Positions 8,403 to 18,247 of a stretch of 48,364 bases of DNA are shown here, piece after piece. This DNA is from Bdellovibrionota bacterium (GTDB lineage: Bacteria > Bdellovibrionota_C > UBA2361 > OMIW01): positions 1-48,364 of the forward strand of contig JBIJBT010000010.1 of the NCBI GenBank assembly GCA_044345055.1, in the 5' to 3' direction. Position numbers and translations under genes: made by a program. Numbering within the stretch: the stretch's first letter is position 1; every line of letters begins with the position of its first letter. The notes under the pieces were generated by a model, which was not told the DNA's origin, did not search any database, and worked only from the letters and a program-made list of their open reading frames with translations.

Positions 8403-8936
8403 ATGAAAAGTAGAAAAGAAGCGATATCGAGCCGGCACTGGATGGTTGAGTCTGGTCGTGTTGCAGCTCTTCTCTTATCTTTTATTCTCGTTGCTCCATG
8501 GGCATTGTCAGCCCTCTCGCGGATACAGCCGATTTTAAGTAATGAGATCTCTCGTTCGTCAGTCTCTATCGATTCTCTGCGGCAACTTTATCCGCTACTG
8601 GTGTGGTTAGTTGCTCCCATGATAATCAGCAGCTGCGTTGCCTCTTTGATATCGTCTCGGCTCTCTCAATGTGGTGAACTATCTGAAAATTCGGGTGGAT
8701 TAGAACTTTTCTTATCGTTTTTCGTGGCTCTCTCGGTCATAATCGTTAGCTACTGGACCTTTCATTATTGGATTAGTTCTGCTGTCTTATTTCTGAGGCA
8801 GGGAGGTGATGGAACTAATCTGCTTGTCGCATTTCGGGCTTGGTTGGTATTCTTAGGGGGTGGGCTTGCTGTTTTTTCTTTAATGCTTTGGGTCGTTAAT
8901 CGTTTATTCGTCGGTCGAAAAGCAGATCGGACGTAA
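8403..8936 (+). CDS. Four-TM membrane protein, probable SctU/FlhB transmembrane part only
   Basis: Fourth position in the R-S-T-U order; about 4 hydrophobic segments; N-terminus KEAISSRHWMVESGRVA loosely like FlhB KtE.pt.r....ar..GqVa; ends just after the last TM with no NPTH domain. Confidence 0.45.
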   Translation: MKSRKEAISSRHWMVESGRVAALLLSFILVAPWALSALSRIQPILSNEISRSSVSIDSLRQLYPLLVWLVAPMIISSCVASLISSRLSQCGELSENSGGLELFLSFFVALSVIIVSYWTFHYWISSAVLFLRQGGDGTNLLVAFRAWLVFLGGGLAVFSLMLWVVNRLFVGRKADRT

Positions 8937-8986
8937 CTAGTAGTCCTCAATTTGGTTTCCAAGTTCCCCGAGAGGAGTTAGGTGGC

Positions 8987-9250
8987 ATGGCACACAAACC
9001 TATTTTTGAGTTGCCGGATACCCCGTTAATGTATCCGATCGTTACGTTGCTTCCGGTAAGGGGGAGTGCTCCGAAGTTACGTCCCCTCATGAGTTCTCTT
9101 TTTGCGCGGCACGAGCGTTTACGTCAGGCGATTTCAGAGATGGAAATGAGTGAGATTGCTCCAGAGGTGCGTAAGCGATATCTCTCAGAAGAGGCGATGT
9201 TAAGACAGGTTCTTGATTGGTTAGGGGCCGATCTGGCCGGGGGAGCATGA
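8987..9250 (+). CDS. Small hypothetical protein, possible SctX/YscX-like chaperone partner
   Basis: RBS gaggag; ATGA overlap with the downstream TPR gene; C-terminal amphipathic helix YLSEEAMLRQVLDWL. Confidence 0.5.
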   Translation: MAHKPIFELPDTPLMYPIVTLLPVRGSAPKLRPLMSSLFARHERLRQAISEMEMSEIAPEVRKRYLSEEAMLRQVLDWLGADLAGGA

Positions 9251-9690
9251 CAGCAGAGAGTGATTTAAGCCATCTTCAGTCCGAGTTTCTCAAAAGAGGC
9301 TATTCTCTTGAGGAGGTGGAGCACATTTATGCGCTCGGTCGGCTCTATCTTGAGAGCGGCAATCTGCGGCAGGCCTCGCTAATTTTTGACGGCCTCGTCG
9401 ATGTAGTTCCTCATTTTACTCCAGCTTTGCTTGCGCGGGCGATAATTGCGCTTTTTCAGCGAGAGTATACCGATGCAGCGGATTCGGCAAAGCGAGCCTT
9501 TACCGCAGATCCTCATTCGGTTGAGGCGCTTCTACTTTTGGTCTTATCCCTTTTCGGACTTAATGATTATAACTCCGCGGGTACTTACCTGGGCGAGGTC
9601 CGCGATGCTATTGAGTCGGGTAATCTTACCGATAAACAGCTCTTACGAGTGTATCGGATGCTTCTTGCCCGATACCGAAGCCGATTATAA
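9247..9690 (+). CDS. TPR chaperone of T3SS type (SycD/LcrH- or SctY/YscY-like)
   Basis: GYSLEEVEHIYALGRLYLESGNLRQASLIFDGLVDVVP matches class II chaperone/YscY TPR1; about three TPRs; ATG at 9247 overlaps the upstream stop. Confidence 0.75.
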   Translation: MTAESDLSHLQSEFLKRGYSLEEVEHIYALGRLYLESGNLRQASLIFDGLVDVVPHFTPALLARAIIALFQREYTDAADSAKRAFTADPHSVEALLLLVLSLFGLNDYNSAGTYLGEVRDAIESGNLTDKQLLRVYRMLLARYRSRL

Positions 9691-9769
9691 TCGGCGGGCG
9701 AGCGGTGGCCCTAATTGATGTAACCGAGCGTATTCTGTTGTTGCACCCAGGGCCAATTACGGCTATCCG

Positions 9770-10246
9770 CTAACCCCGTTTGACCGCCCGAGCTACCTCT
9801 CTCTTTGCATCCCGTTCCCGAATCGTTGCCCGTTTGTCGGGATTGTCCTTTCCACGAGCAAGGCCTATCTCGATCTTTGCTCGACCCCCCTTTAGATAGA
9901 CCCGAAGCGGAACAATAGTTAGACCCTTTTGCTCGACTCGTACTCTCAGGAAATCGATCTCGCGTCGATGCAGTAGCAGTTTGCGGGGACGGATCGGATC
10001 GTAAGTTGCCATCCCTTGATTGCCCTGAGCGTATGGTCGTATGTTGGCCCCCAGAAGGTACATGCCATCAGAGAAGGGGCGCACATACCCCTCCTCAATA
10101 TTCATCCCACCACCTCGGACCGATTTAATTTCTGCACCAGTTAGCACAATACCAGCCTCGAGCGTTTCGAGTATATGATACTCAAAGCGAGCTTTTTTAT
10201 TGACGAGGATTATTTTTTCACCCGAAGAGGGCTGAGGACTTGTCAT
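9770..10246 (-). CDS. smpB: SsrA-binding protein SmpB
   Basis: NKKARFEYHILETLEAGIVLTGAEIKSVR, RKLLLHRREI, GLTIVPL, DKRATIRERD. Confidence 0.97.
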   Translation of the reverse strand: MTSPQPSSGEKIILVNKKARFEYHILETLEAGIVLTGAEIKSVRGGGMNIEEGYVRPFSDGMYLLGANIRPYAQGNQGMATYDPIRPRKLLLHRREIDFLRVRVEQKGLTIVPLRVYLKGGRAKIEIGLARGKDNPDKRATIRERDAKREVARAVKRG

Positions 10247-10292
10247 TGAGAATACCTAAAACCGAGCAGAATCGCCCAAATTTGCTGCTGAA

Positions 10293-10676
10293 TTATGAAG
10301 AAGGAAGGTGCTCAGCGCGTATCTCTCTGACCCGGTTACCTCCGTCAACAAAGATAACCTTCGGAGTGTGTTGTCGAACCTGCTCCTCAGGTATCGCGCA
10401 GAAGGCAGCGATAATAACGATGTCGCCAGGTTTGACCAAGTGAGCAGCTGCTCCATTAACCGATATTTCATCTGAACCGAAGTTGCCCGGTATTACATAG
10501 GTTTGAAACCGGGTGCCTTGGGTTACATTCCAAACATGAACCTCCTCATTTGCAACCATATCGGTCGCCTCGAGGAGTGGGAGAGGAATTGCGATGCTTC
10601 CCTCATACAGTAGCTCAGCTCTGTTAACGGTAGCTCCATGAATCTTTGCCCTAAGCATCGACCTAAATAACGTCAT
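10293..10676 (-). CDS. panD: Aspartate 1-decarboxylase
   Basis: MLRAKIHGATV, YEGSI autocleavage site, GTRFQTYVI, NGAAAHLVKPGD; start at MTLFRSM overlapping the panB end. Confidence 0.95.
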   Translation of the reverse strand: MTLFRSMLRAKIHGATVNRAELLYEGSIAIPLPLLEATDMVANEEVHVWNVTQGTRFQTYVIPGNFGSDEISVNGAAAHLVKPGDIVIIAAFCAIPEEQVRQHTPKVIFVDGGNRVREIRAEHLPSS

Positions 10677-11547
10677 AGGGAAGCCTCCTTGAAGAGTCTG
10701 CCTTTGTATATGAGTGCTCCTGCCCAGGAAACTGGTGCGAGTGAACCTCTGAGATGTAAGCCTGTACCGATTGTACCACCGCATCTCCGACCGCACCAAA
10801 CGGCTTCACGAACTTTGGAATTTCTCGGGTCGACAGACCCAGCATGTCGTGAGTCACCAATATTTGACCACGACAACCGTTTCCTGCACCGATCCCAATC
10901 GTCGGAATAGTTAAAGCTTCAGTGATCTCAGAGCCAAGCTCAGCGGGCACTCCCTCTACAACAATGCAAAATGCCCCCGCCTTTTCGACGGCAATCGCAT
11001 CATCTACGATCTGTTGACCCGTTCGTGATCGAAGATTCTTGTCCCCCGAGATACCTTTTCCCTGAACCCGATATCCCCCCATTCGATGTACTGATTGAGG
11101 AGTAAGCCCTACATGACCCATAACGGGGATCTCAGCCCGTACGATCGCTTGAATTGCATCCGCAACAACGGCGCCACCCTCCAATTTTACCGCACCGACC
11201 CCTCCCTCCTGAACGAGCCGCCCCGCATTTCGGACTGCATCGTGTGGCGAGATTTGATAGGACAAAAAGGGCATATCACCAACCACGAGAGCCCGATTCA
11301 CTCCAGCCGCTACGCAGGCGCAATGATAGGTCATCTGATCCATCGTTACCGGCAAGGTAGTCGCTTTGCCCTGCACTATTGATGCGAGAGAATCACCGAC
11401 CAATATGATGTCGATCCCCGCTCGATCAAGGAGCGCCGCCATCGTATAGTCGTACGCCGTCAGGCAAGTTATCGGCCTCGGTGCATCAGCGATCCATGGT
11501 GTAGTAACCCGAGATGGCTCGTTAGCGGTGCGCTGTTTGTCATTCAT
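10663..11547 (-). CDS. panB: 3-methyl-2-oxobutanoate hydroxymethyltransferase
   Basis: LTAYDY, ILVGDSL, GDMPFLSY, VKLEGG, GHVGLTPQS, IPTIGIGAG. Confidence 0.97.
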   Translation of the reverse strand: MNDKQRTANEPSRVTTPWIADAPRPITCLTAYDYTMAALLDRAGIDIILVGDSLASIVQGKATTLPVTMDQMTYHCACVAAGVNRALVVGDMPFLSYQISPHDAVRNAGRLVQEGGVGAVKLEGGAVVADAIQAIVRAEIPVMGHVGLTPQSVHRMGGYRVQGKGISGDKNLRSRTGQQIVDDAIAVEKAGAFCIVVEGVPAELGSEITEALTIPTIGIGAGNGCRGQILVTHDMLGLSTREIPKFVKPFGAVGDAVVQSVQAYISEVHSHQFPGQEHSYTKADSSRRLPYDVI

Positions 11548-11771
11548 ATTTCGTAACTATCGAATGCTTAGTGCGATTTCCCCGACGAATCATAACCCCC
11601 TTAATGCCGAAGTACCAACTTTGCAGATATCATCTCTCAGCAATTAGCTTTGACTCGCAAGACCCGAACAGGATACGGTGAGGCGGGTGAGGAGGGAAGC
11701 GCTTTATCAGAGGCACAAGACCCGATCTCTAGTTTCAAATTTTCTAAATTGAAAGTTACAGGGTGAAAATC

Positions 11772-12866
11772 ATGGTGAGTAAATTGGTACAGGGTTCGGA
11801 GCTTGTCGATTTTGGCCATCATCTGATTCTCGGTATTTCAGGACCAACCCTCTCTGAGGATGACAAGAGGGTCCTTGAGCTTGTGCGCCCTGTTGGAGTT
11901 CTTCTTTTGGCCCGCAATTTCAGACATGGTCATCCGTACGAGTCGTGGCTTGAGTCGCTAAAACTGCTAATTGCAGATATTAAGAAATACGCCGGTCGGG
12001 CGGTAATGTTTATTTCACTAGACCATGAGGGAGGAGGGGTGGTTCGAACGCCGAACCCCATTACCCGATTCCCATATGCTGCCGTCCTGAGGGAGCGGGC
12101 CGAAGAAGTAGCACACGCTACAGCAATAGAGCTTCTCTCGCTTGGGGTTAATGTTTCCTGGGCCCCCGTGGCGGATGTTCACTCGAATCCGCACAATCCG
12201 ATAATCGGAGTCCGCGCGTTTAGCTCCGATCCCCAAGAAGCTGCTGAATATGCCAGTGCGTACGCGAGAGGTCTTGCTCGAGCGGGAGTTATTGGCTGTG
12301 CGAAGCATTTTCCGGGACACGGAGATACGAGCACAGACTCACACCTCGAACTACCGGTTTTACCAATCTCTCGTGAAACCCTCCTTCAGCGCGAGCTTGT
12401 GCCGTTTCAGCTCCTTTGTCGTGAGAAAATACCGATGGTGATGACAGCGCACGTTCTCTTTCCGGCAATTGACCCCGTTGAACCTGCAACATTCTCGCGC
12501 ACTCTGATAGCGGAGCTATTAAGAGGAGAATTGAAGTACGAAGGGGTGATAGTTTCTGACGATCTCGAGATGAAAGCGATCAGTCGGCGGATAGAGGAGG
12601 AAGATGGAATTGCTGAGCCATTTAATGCAGGCTGCGATATGGCGATCGTCGCCCGATACCTGCAACCAAAAATAGATCATGTCTTAGCTATGGCCCAAAC
12701 GTTCTCAAGGACTTTAAGAGAAAACCCCATTTTTGCCGAAAATATAGTTATCTCTCGAAGACGGATAGATACTTTGCTGAAAGAAACTACAATGCCGACT
12801 GTTGCACCGCTCTCGAAAGAGGTTTTAGAGCAGCATGCACGGTTAGCGATTGAGGTAGCGCTTTAG
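11772..12866 (+). CDS. nagZ: Beta-N-acetylhexosaminidase (GH3, NagZ-like)
   Basis: DHEGGGVVR, APVADV, KHFPGHGDTSTDSH NagZ signature, MTAHV, SDDLEM; start may be the GTG at 11763. Confidence 0.9.
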   Translation: MVSKLVQGSELVDFGHHLILGISGPTLSEDDKRVLELVRPVGVLLLARNFRHGHPYESWLESLKLLIADIKKYAGRAVMFISLDHEGGGVVRTPNPITRFPYAAVLRERAEEVAHATAIELLSLGVNVSWAPVADVHSNPHNPIIGVRAFSSDPQEAAEYASAYARGLARAGVIGCAKHFPGHGDTSTDSHLELPVLPISRETLLQRELVPFQLLCREKIPMVMTAHVLFPAIDPVEPATFSRTLIAELLRGELKYEGVIVSDDLEMKAISRRIEEEDGIAEPFNAGCDMAIVARYLQPKIDHVLAMAQTFSRTLRENPIFAENIVISRRRIDTLLKETTMPTVAPLSKEVLEQHARLAIEVAL

Positions 12867-12892
12867 TAGCGGGTATTAAAGAGATCGTTCCA

Positions 12893-13546
12893 ATGAGGCA
12901 GTTCTCCCCGAAAAAAAAGGCCCGACTTCTATCATTGCTGGAGTTAGAGTATCCGGAAGCAAAATCCGCATTAGATTTTGTCGATGATTATCAGCTTATC
13001 GTAGCAGTAGTACTTTCGGCTCAGTGCACCGATAAAAAGGTTAATGAAGTAACGCCACACCTTTTTGCTCGATGGCCATCGTTTCAGGCATTAGCAATTG
13101 CTGATGAAAAAGAATTAGCATCTATTATTAGACCGATTAATTACTATCTAACAAAAGCTCGTAATCTTAAAAGTTTAGCAGAGTTAGTCGTGCTACAGTG
13201 GGGGGGCAATCTCCCCGGCACGATTGATGAGTTGGTCTTGCTTCCCGGGGTTGGGCGTAAAACGGCGAATGTTGTTGTCAGTGAGCGGGGAACTGAGCCG
13301 GGTTTAGCAGTTGATACCCATGTTTTTCGGGTGTCGCGTCGACTAGGTATCGCACAAGGTGCAACGGCATCTTTGGTTGAAGAAGAGCTCCGGAGCGGCT
13401 TTCCCTCTGCAGAGTGGCGCTCCTTGCATCACCGATTAATTCTTCACGGTCGTGCCGTTTGTATTGCGCGACGCCCTCGTTGTGAATCGTGTTGTCTTCT
13501 CTCGTTGTGTAAGTATTCTGTGGAAAGTAAGGTTTCAAAGGAATAA
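12893..13546 (+). CDS. nth: Endonuclease III
   Basis: LSAQCTDKKVN, HhH motif LPGVGRKTANVV, AVDTHVFRV, C-x6-C-x2-C-x5-C [4Fe-4S] motif. Confidence 0.96.
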   Translation: MRQFSPKKKARLLSLLELEYPEAKSALDFVDDYQLIVAVVLSAQCTDKKVNEVTPHLFARWPSFQALAIADEKELASIIRPINYYLTKARNLKSLAELVVLQWGGNLPGTIDELVLLPGVGRKTANVVVSERGTEPGLAVDTHVFRVSRRLGIAQGATASLVEEELRSGFPSAEWRSLHHRLILHGRAVCIARRPRCESCCLLSLCKYSVESKVSKE

Positions 13547-13560
13547 TTGTTGGAGCATTT

Positions 13561-14265
13561 ATGAATTGGACGCGGAATAGATCAATTAAAGGATTTTGCG
13601 GTGCGTTTTTTTTGGGAATATCACTTCTAATAATTGGATGTGGCGGAAATCAGGGAGAACGAGATTTAAAAACAAATCTGCGCATTATAAACGGTCTATC
13701 CGAAATTGAGCCGATAGATATTTTGATTGATGGCAGACTATCATTTGAAAAGATGCGGTATCTCGAAAGCACCGGATATTTTTCAATTGCAAGTGGGCCT
13801 CGAGATATAAGGGCGGTGGCTTCAGGGTCTCTTACAGCCGTGGCTCAATCAACGGCCTCTCTTAGTGATGATCGAGATCAGACCTTTCTCGTGTATGGTA
13901 GTCGGCAAAATCCTCGCGGCACGATAATTCTCGATGATGCTGATGAACCGCCAAGTGGAACCGTTAAATTACGCGCGATCGGTGTTACCGCAAAATTAAA
14001 TTCGGTTGATCTATACCTGATTCCCCCCAATAGCTCCGTAGACGATTTTCCTCCAACGATTCGAGGTGTTCAATTAGGAGGAAGCTCAGATTATATACTT
14101 GGACTTCCAGGAACCTACTCTTTGTGGCTTACCGATCAGGGCACAAAAGATTTAAAAGCATTCATACCCAATACAGTTTTTAAAGAAAAAGTTCTCTATA
14201 CTCTGCTCATTGCTGAGACTAAAAATGAGAATAATCCATTTACGGTTGTCAGGATTGAGGGTTAA
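13561..14265 (+). CDS. DUF4397-like lipoprotein
   Basis: Lipobox LIIGC; two repeated beta-sandwich units (LRIINGL...IDILIDG...Y.ESTGY and LRAIGVT...VDLYL...SSDY). Confidence 0.7.
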   Translation: MNWTRNRSIKGFCGAFFLGISLLIIGCGGNQGERDLKTNLRIINGLSEIEPIDILIDGRLSFEKMRYLESTGYFSIASGPRDIRAVASGSLTAVAQSTASLSDDRDQTFLVYGSRQNPRGTIILDDADEPPSGTVKLRAIGVTAKLNSVDLYLIPPNSSVDDFPPTIRGVQLGGSSDYILGLPGTYSLWLTDQGTKDLKAFIPNTVFKEKVLYTLLIAETKNENNPFTVVRIEG

Positions 14266-14292
14266 TGCGGTTAGTGGTCTGATTTCATGTAA

Positions 14293-14339
14293 TCATGTCC
14301 CCTTGGAGCTTTGATAAACTTACCTCCAAGGGGACATGA
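14293..14339. terminator. Perfect 16-bp inverted repeat between convergent genes (probable bidirectional terminator)
   Basis: tcatgtccccttggag (14293-14308) / ctccaaggggacatga (14324-14339), 15-nt loop; aaaaaa nearby gives a U-tract on the minus strand. Confidence 0.75.
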
Positions 14340-14362
14340 ATCAAAAAATAGTTAATTCGTCA

Positions 14363-14731
14363 CTATTGCAGACGCAGGTTTCGGATTGAAGCCATGATCA
14401 TATCGTGAATATTCTTTAAAATGTTTTGCACCGCTGTCATAGTCTGATACGCACTATTAACTTTCTGCCCCTGAGCTTCTATTTGTCCCCGAAGCACCGC
14501 CTCCCAATTACCCTCGTTTACCTCTCTTCCTAACTTGCGACTCCACTCGGCTGCAAGTGTTGGATTGAAACCTTGCCCAGAAAGCGCGTAAAGGTTCATC
14601 AGTTTATCTTGCTCAGATTGAGCAGTTTCCGCGAAGTTCCGCGCGTATGTCTCCTTCTGAGTACCTTTGCTTCTTGGTTGAGGAGTGAAGGGATAGCGAA
14701 CTCTGCAACTTACAGCACTAGGAATATTCAT
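14363..14731 (-). CDS. Hypothetical helical protein, candidate T3SS needle/filament subunit (SctF/Bsp22-like C-terminus)
   Basis: Strong RBS aaaggagaaaaatATG; no signal peptide; C-terminus AVQNILKNIHDMIMASIRNLR resembles the needle motif qSNtvK..kD...aIiqNfR. The ORF itself is well supported; the function is tentative. Confidence 0.55.
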   Translation of the reverse strand: MNIPSAVSCRVRYPFTPQPRSKGTQKETYARNFAETAQSEQDKLMNLYALSGQGFNPTLAAEWSRKLGREVNEGNWEAVLRGQIEAQGQKVNSAYQTMTAVQNILKNIHDMIMASIRNLRLQ

Positions 14732-14975
14732 ATTTTTCTCCTTTACAAATAATACTGATACGAAAGAACACTGAGGCCGAGTACTCTCTTCCTAAATTAG
14801 GAAGAAGCGCCCAGTTTGGCGCTTTTTTTGAAGAGAGTTCGACTCAATTAATGTGTTACTAGTATCGATTTCTGGAGGAGAAAGTTTCCTGTCTAGGAGT
14901 ATATTTTTCTTGAAACTAAAAATTTAAGCCAACGTATCAGAGCGAACCTGAAGCTTATAGACAGGTCATACTGCC

Positions 14976-16265
14976 CTAGCATCCCGTAAACATAATGTCC
15001 TCTGCATCTGCGATTCGGTTGAATAGTGTTCCACCAAGAGCCGCAATTTTGGATTCAAGGTGCTCGTATCCTCGACGAAGGTGATGCGGGTCGCTTATGA
15101 ATGTTGAACCTTCGGCCGCGAGCCCAGCGATGACTAAACTCGCAGCAGCTCGAATATCATGCCCCTCAACTGCAGCTCCGCTTAATCGAGGAACTCCTAT
15201 TATTTTTGCAGAACGATCAGATAGCTCGATATGAGCACCGAGTCGCCACAATTCAGCAACATGCCGAAAACGAGCCTCATAGACCGTTTCCTCGATAAGA
15301 CTTTCTCCGGGTACTGTGCAGAGAGCAGCGAGAAGCGGCGCTTGAAGGTCGGTCGCTAAATCCGGAAAAGGGCCGGTCGCAGTAGATACCGCTCGGAGGT
15401 CGTTTTGTGCATCGACCAGCACCTTGTCGGCCGAACGTTCGACTCTGCATCCCATCTCCTCGAACAGAGTAAGGAGGGCTCCGAGGTACGAAGGGACAAT
15501 CCCTTCAACGGTAACAGATCCACGAGTAGCGACTGCTCCACAGAGAAATGTGCCCGCTTCGATCCGATCGCCCATCAGCTCGAGCGATGTGCCACGCAGG
15601 TGAGGGGTGCCGGTAATCACGATTCGTGAGCTGCCAGCTCCTTCGATGGATGCTCCCATACGAGAGAGAAGATCGGCCATCGCCTCGATCTCAGGTTCTT
15701 TTGCGGCACCATCAATTACGGTCGTTCCAGCCACCCGAGCTGCTGCCATTAGGACCTGATGAGTCGCACCTACCGATGGATAACGAAAGGTAATATGAGC
15801 GGGCCTAAGGCCATTTGGGGCCGAGGCATTAACCACCCCATGCTTAAGTTCGATCTGAGCGCCCATTGCAGTGAGTGCTTCAAGGTGAATATCCACCGGG
15901 CGAGCGCCAATAATATCCCCTCCGGGGAGGGAGACGTGTGCTTCACCACAACGCGCAAGAAGCGGCCCTAATATCCAGAATGAGGCACGGAGAGCTTTTA
16001 CGAGGCTGTGGCTTGCTGCAGCTCGAGCAATCTCTTTTGTTTGAATGCTAACCGACCCAAGAGAGTAGTCCATCGTTGAGCCGAGAGACTCAAGAAGGTG
16101 GCGCACATGGGTAATATCTTCGAGCGCAGGTACATTAGTAAATCTGACGGGCTCATCGGTGAGTAGAGTCGCCATTAAAAGGGGAAGCGCTGCGTTCTTT
16201 GCGCCACCGGCTCGCACTGTGCCTCTTAGCGGGCCATTCCCGACTACTTCGATACATTCGTACAT
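14976..16265 (-). CDS. murA: UDP-N-acetylglucosamine 1-carboxyvinyltransferase (Cys-to-Asp variant)
   Basis: GAKNAALP, LRASFWILGPLLAR, LPGGDIIGARPVDIH, SVGATH, DRIEAGT, ATDLQ, RGYE. Confidence 0.97.
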   Translation of the reverse strand: MYECIEVVGNGPLRGTVRAGGAKNAALPLLMATLLTDEPVRFTNVPALEDITHVRHLLESLGSTMDYSLGSVSIQTKEIARAAASHSLVKALRASFWILGPLLARCGEAHVSLPGGDIIGARPVDIHLEALTAMGAQIELKHGVVNASAPNGLRPAHITFRYPSVGATHQVLMAAARVAGTTVIDGAAKEPEIEAMADLLSRMGASIEGAGSSRIVITGTPHLRGTSLELMGDRIEAGTFLCGAVATRGSVTVEGIVPSYLGALLTLFEEMGCRVERSADKVLVDAQNDLRAVSTATGPFPDLATDLQAPLLAALCTVPGESLIEETVYEARFRHVAELWRLGAHIELSDRSAKIIGVPRLSGAAVEGHDIRAAASLVIAGLAAEGSTFISDPHHLRRGYEHLESKIAALGGTLFNRIADAEDIMFTGC

Positions 16266-16415
16266 ACTCGCCGCCTACCACAATAACGAAATAGATTAAT
16301 GGATTTGAGGAATTTTTTTCTCTAACACTTCTAACTCGACAGTTTATGGGAAATGTTTCGATTGAAAAATTGGGTAAATATTGCAGAAAAAAGGGTATAA
16401 AACGGTAGAAACACA

Positions 16416-16468
16416 AAAAACGGGCCTGTTTTGGCGGAAACCTATCTCACCAAAACGGGCCCGTTTTT
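16416..16468 (-). terminator. Rho-independent terminator downstream of groEL (possibly bidirectional)
   Basis: aaaaacgggcctgttttgg / ccaaaacgggcccgttttt inverted repeat with one mismatch, flanked by A and T tracts. Confidence 0.75.
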
Positions 16469-16543
16469 ATTCGCTGGGAAGCTAGCCACCTTGTGGTGAG
16501 AGGGAGATTGCTCGCCTTTCACCTCCAGTGGCGTTTCTGGCAC

Positions 16544-18190
<1,647 letters not shown>

Positions 18191-18247
18191 CTAAATAAAA
18201 ATATGCAATGAATTCAAAGCGTTAAACTGTGAATTATCAGATATTGT

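Noticed and set aside
4839..8936. Reading the cluster as an ordinary flagellar fliF-fliG-fliMN-fliPQR-flhB operon
   Set aside because: The ring protein is a 214-aa lipoprotein rather than an approximately 550-aa two-TM FliF. No rod, hook, flagellin, fliE/H/I/L/O or mot genes are present, and the FHA proteins and TPR chaperone are injectisome-type features. A phylogeny is still needed to exclude this formally.
8987..9250. Small ORF as the split-off FlhB/SctU cytoplasmic domain
   Set aside because: There is no NPTH, AVAL.Y or AP.vvAKG motif; the helical C-terminus and coupling to the TPR gene fit a chaperone partner better.
1772..9770. T3SS-like operon as a genomic island inserted next to smpB/ssrA
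   Set aside because: No integrase, flanking direct repeats, tmRNA sequence or obvious compositional shift was seen.
10293..11547. panB-panD without panC as a pathway anomaly
   Set aside because: panC is often unlinked, so its absence from a 48-kb window is uninformative.
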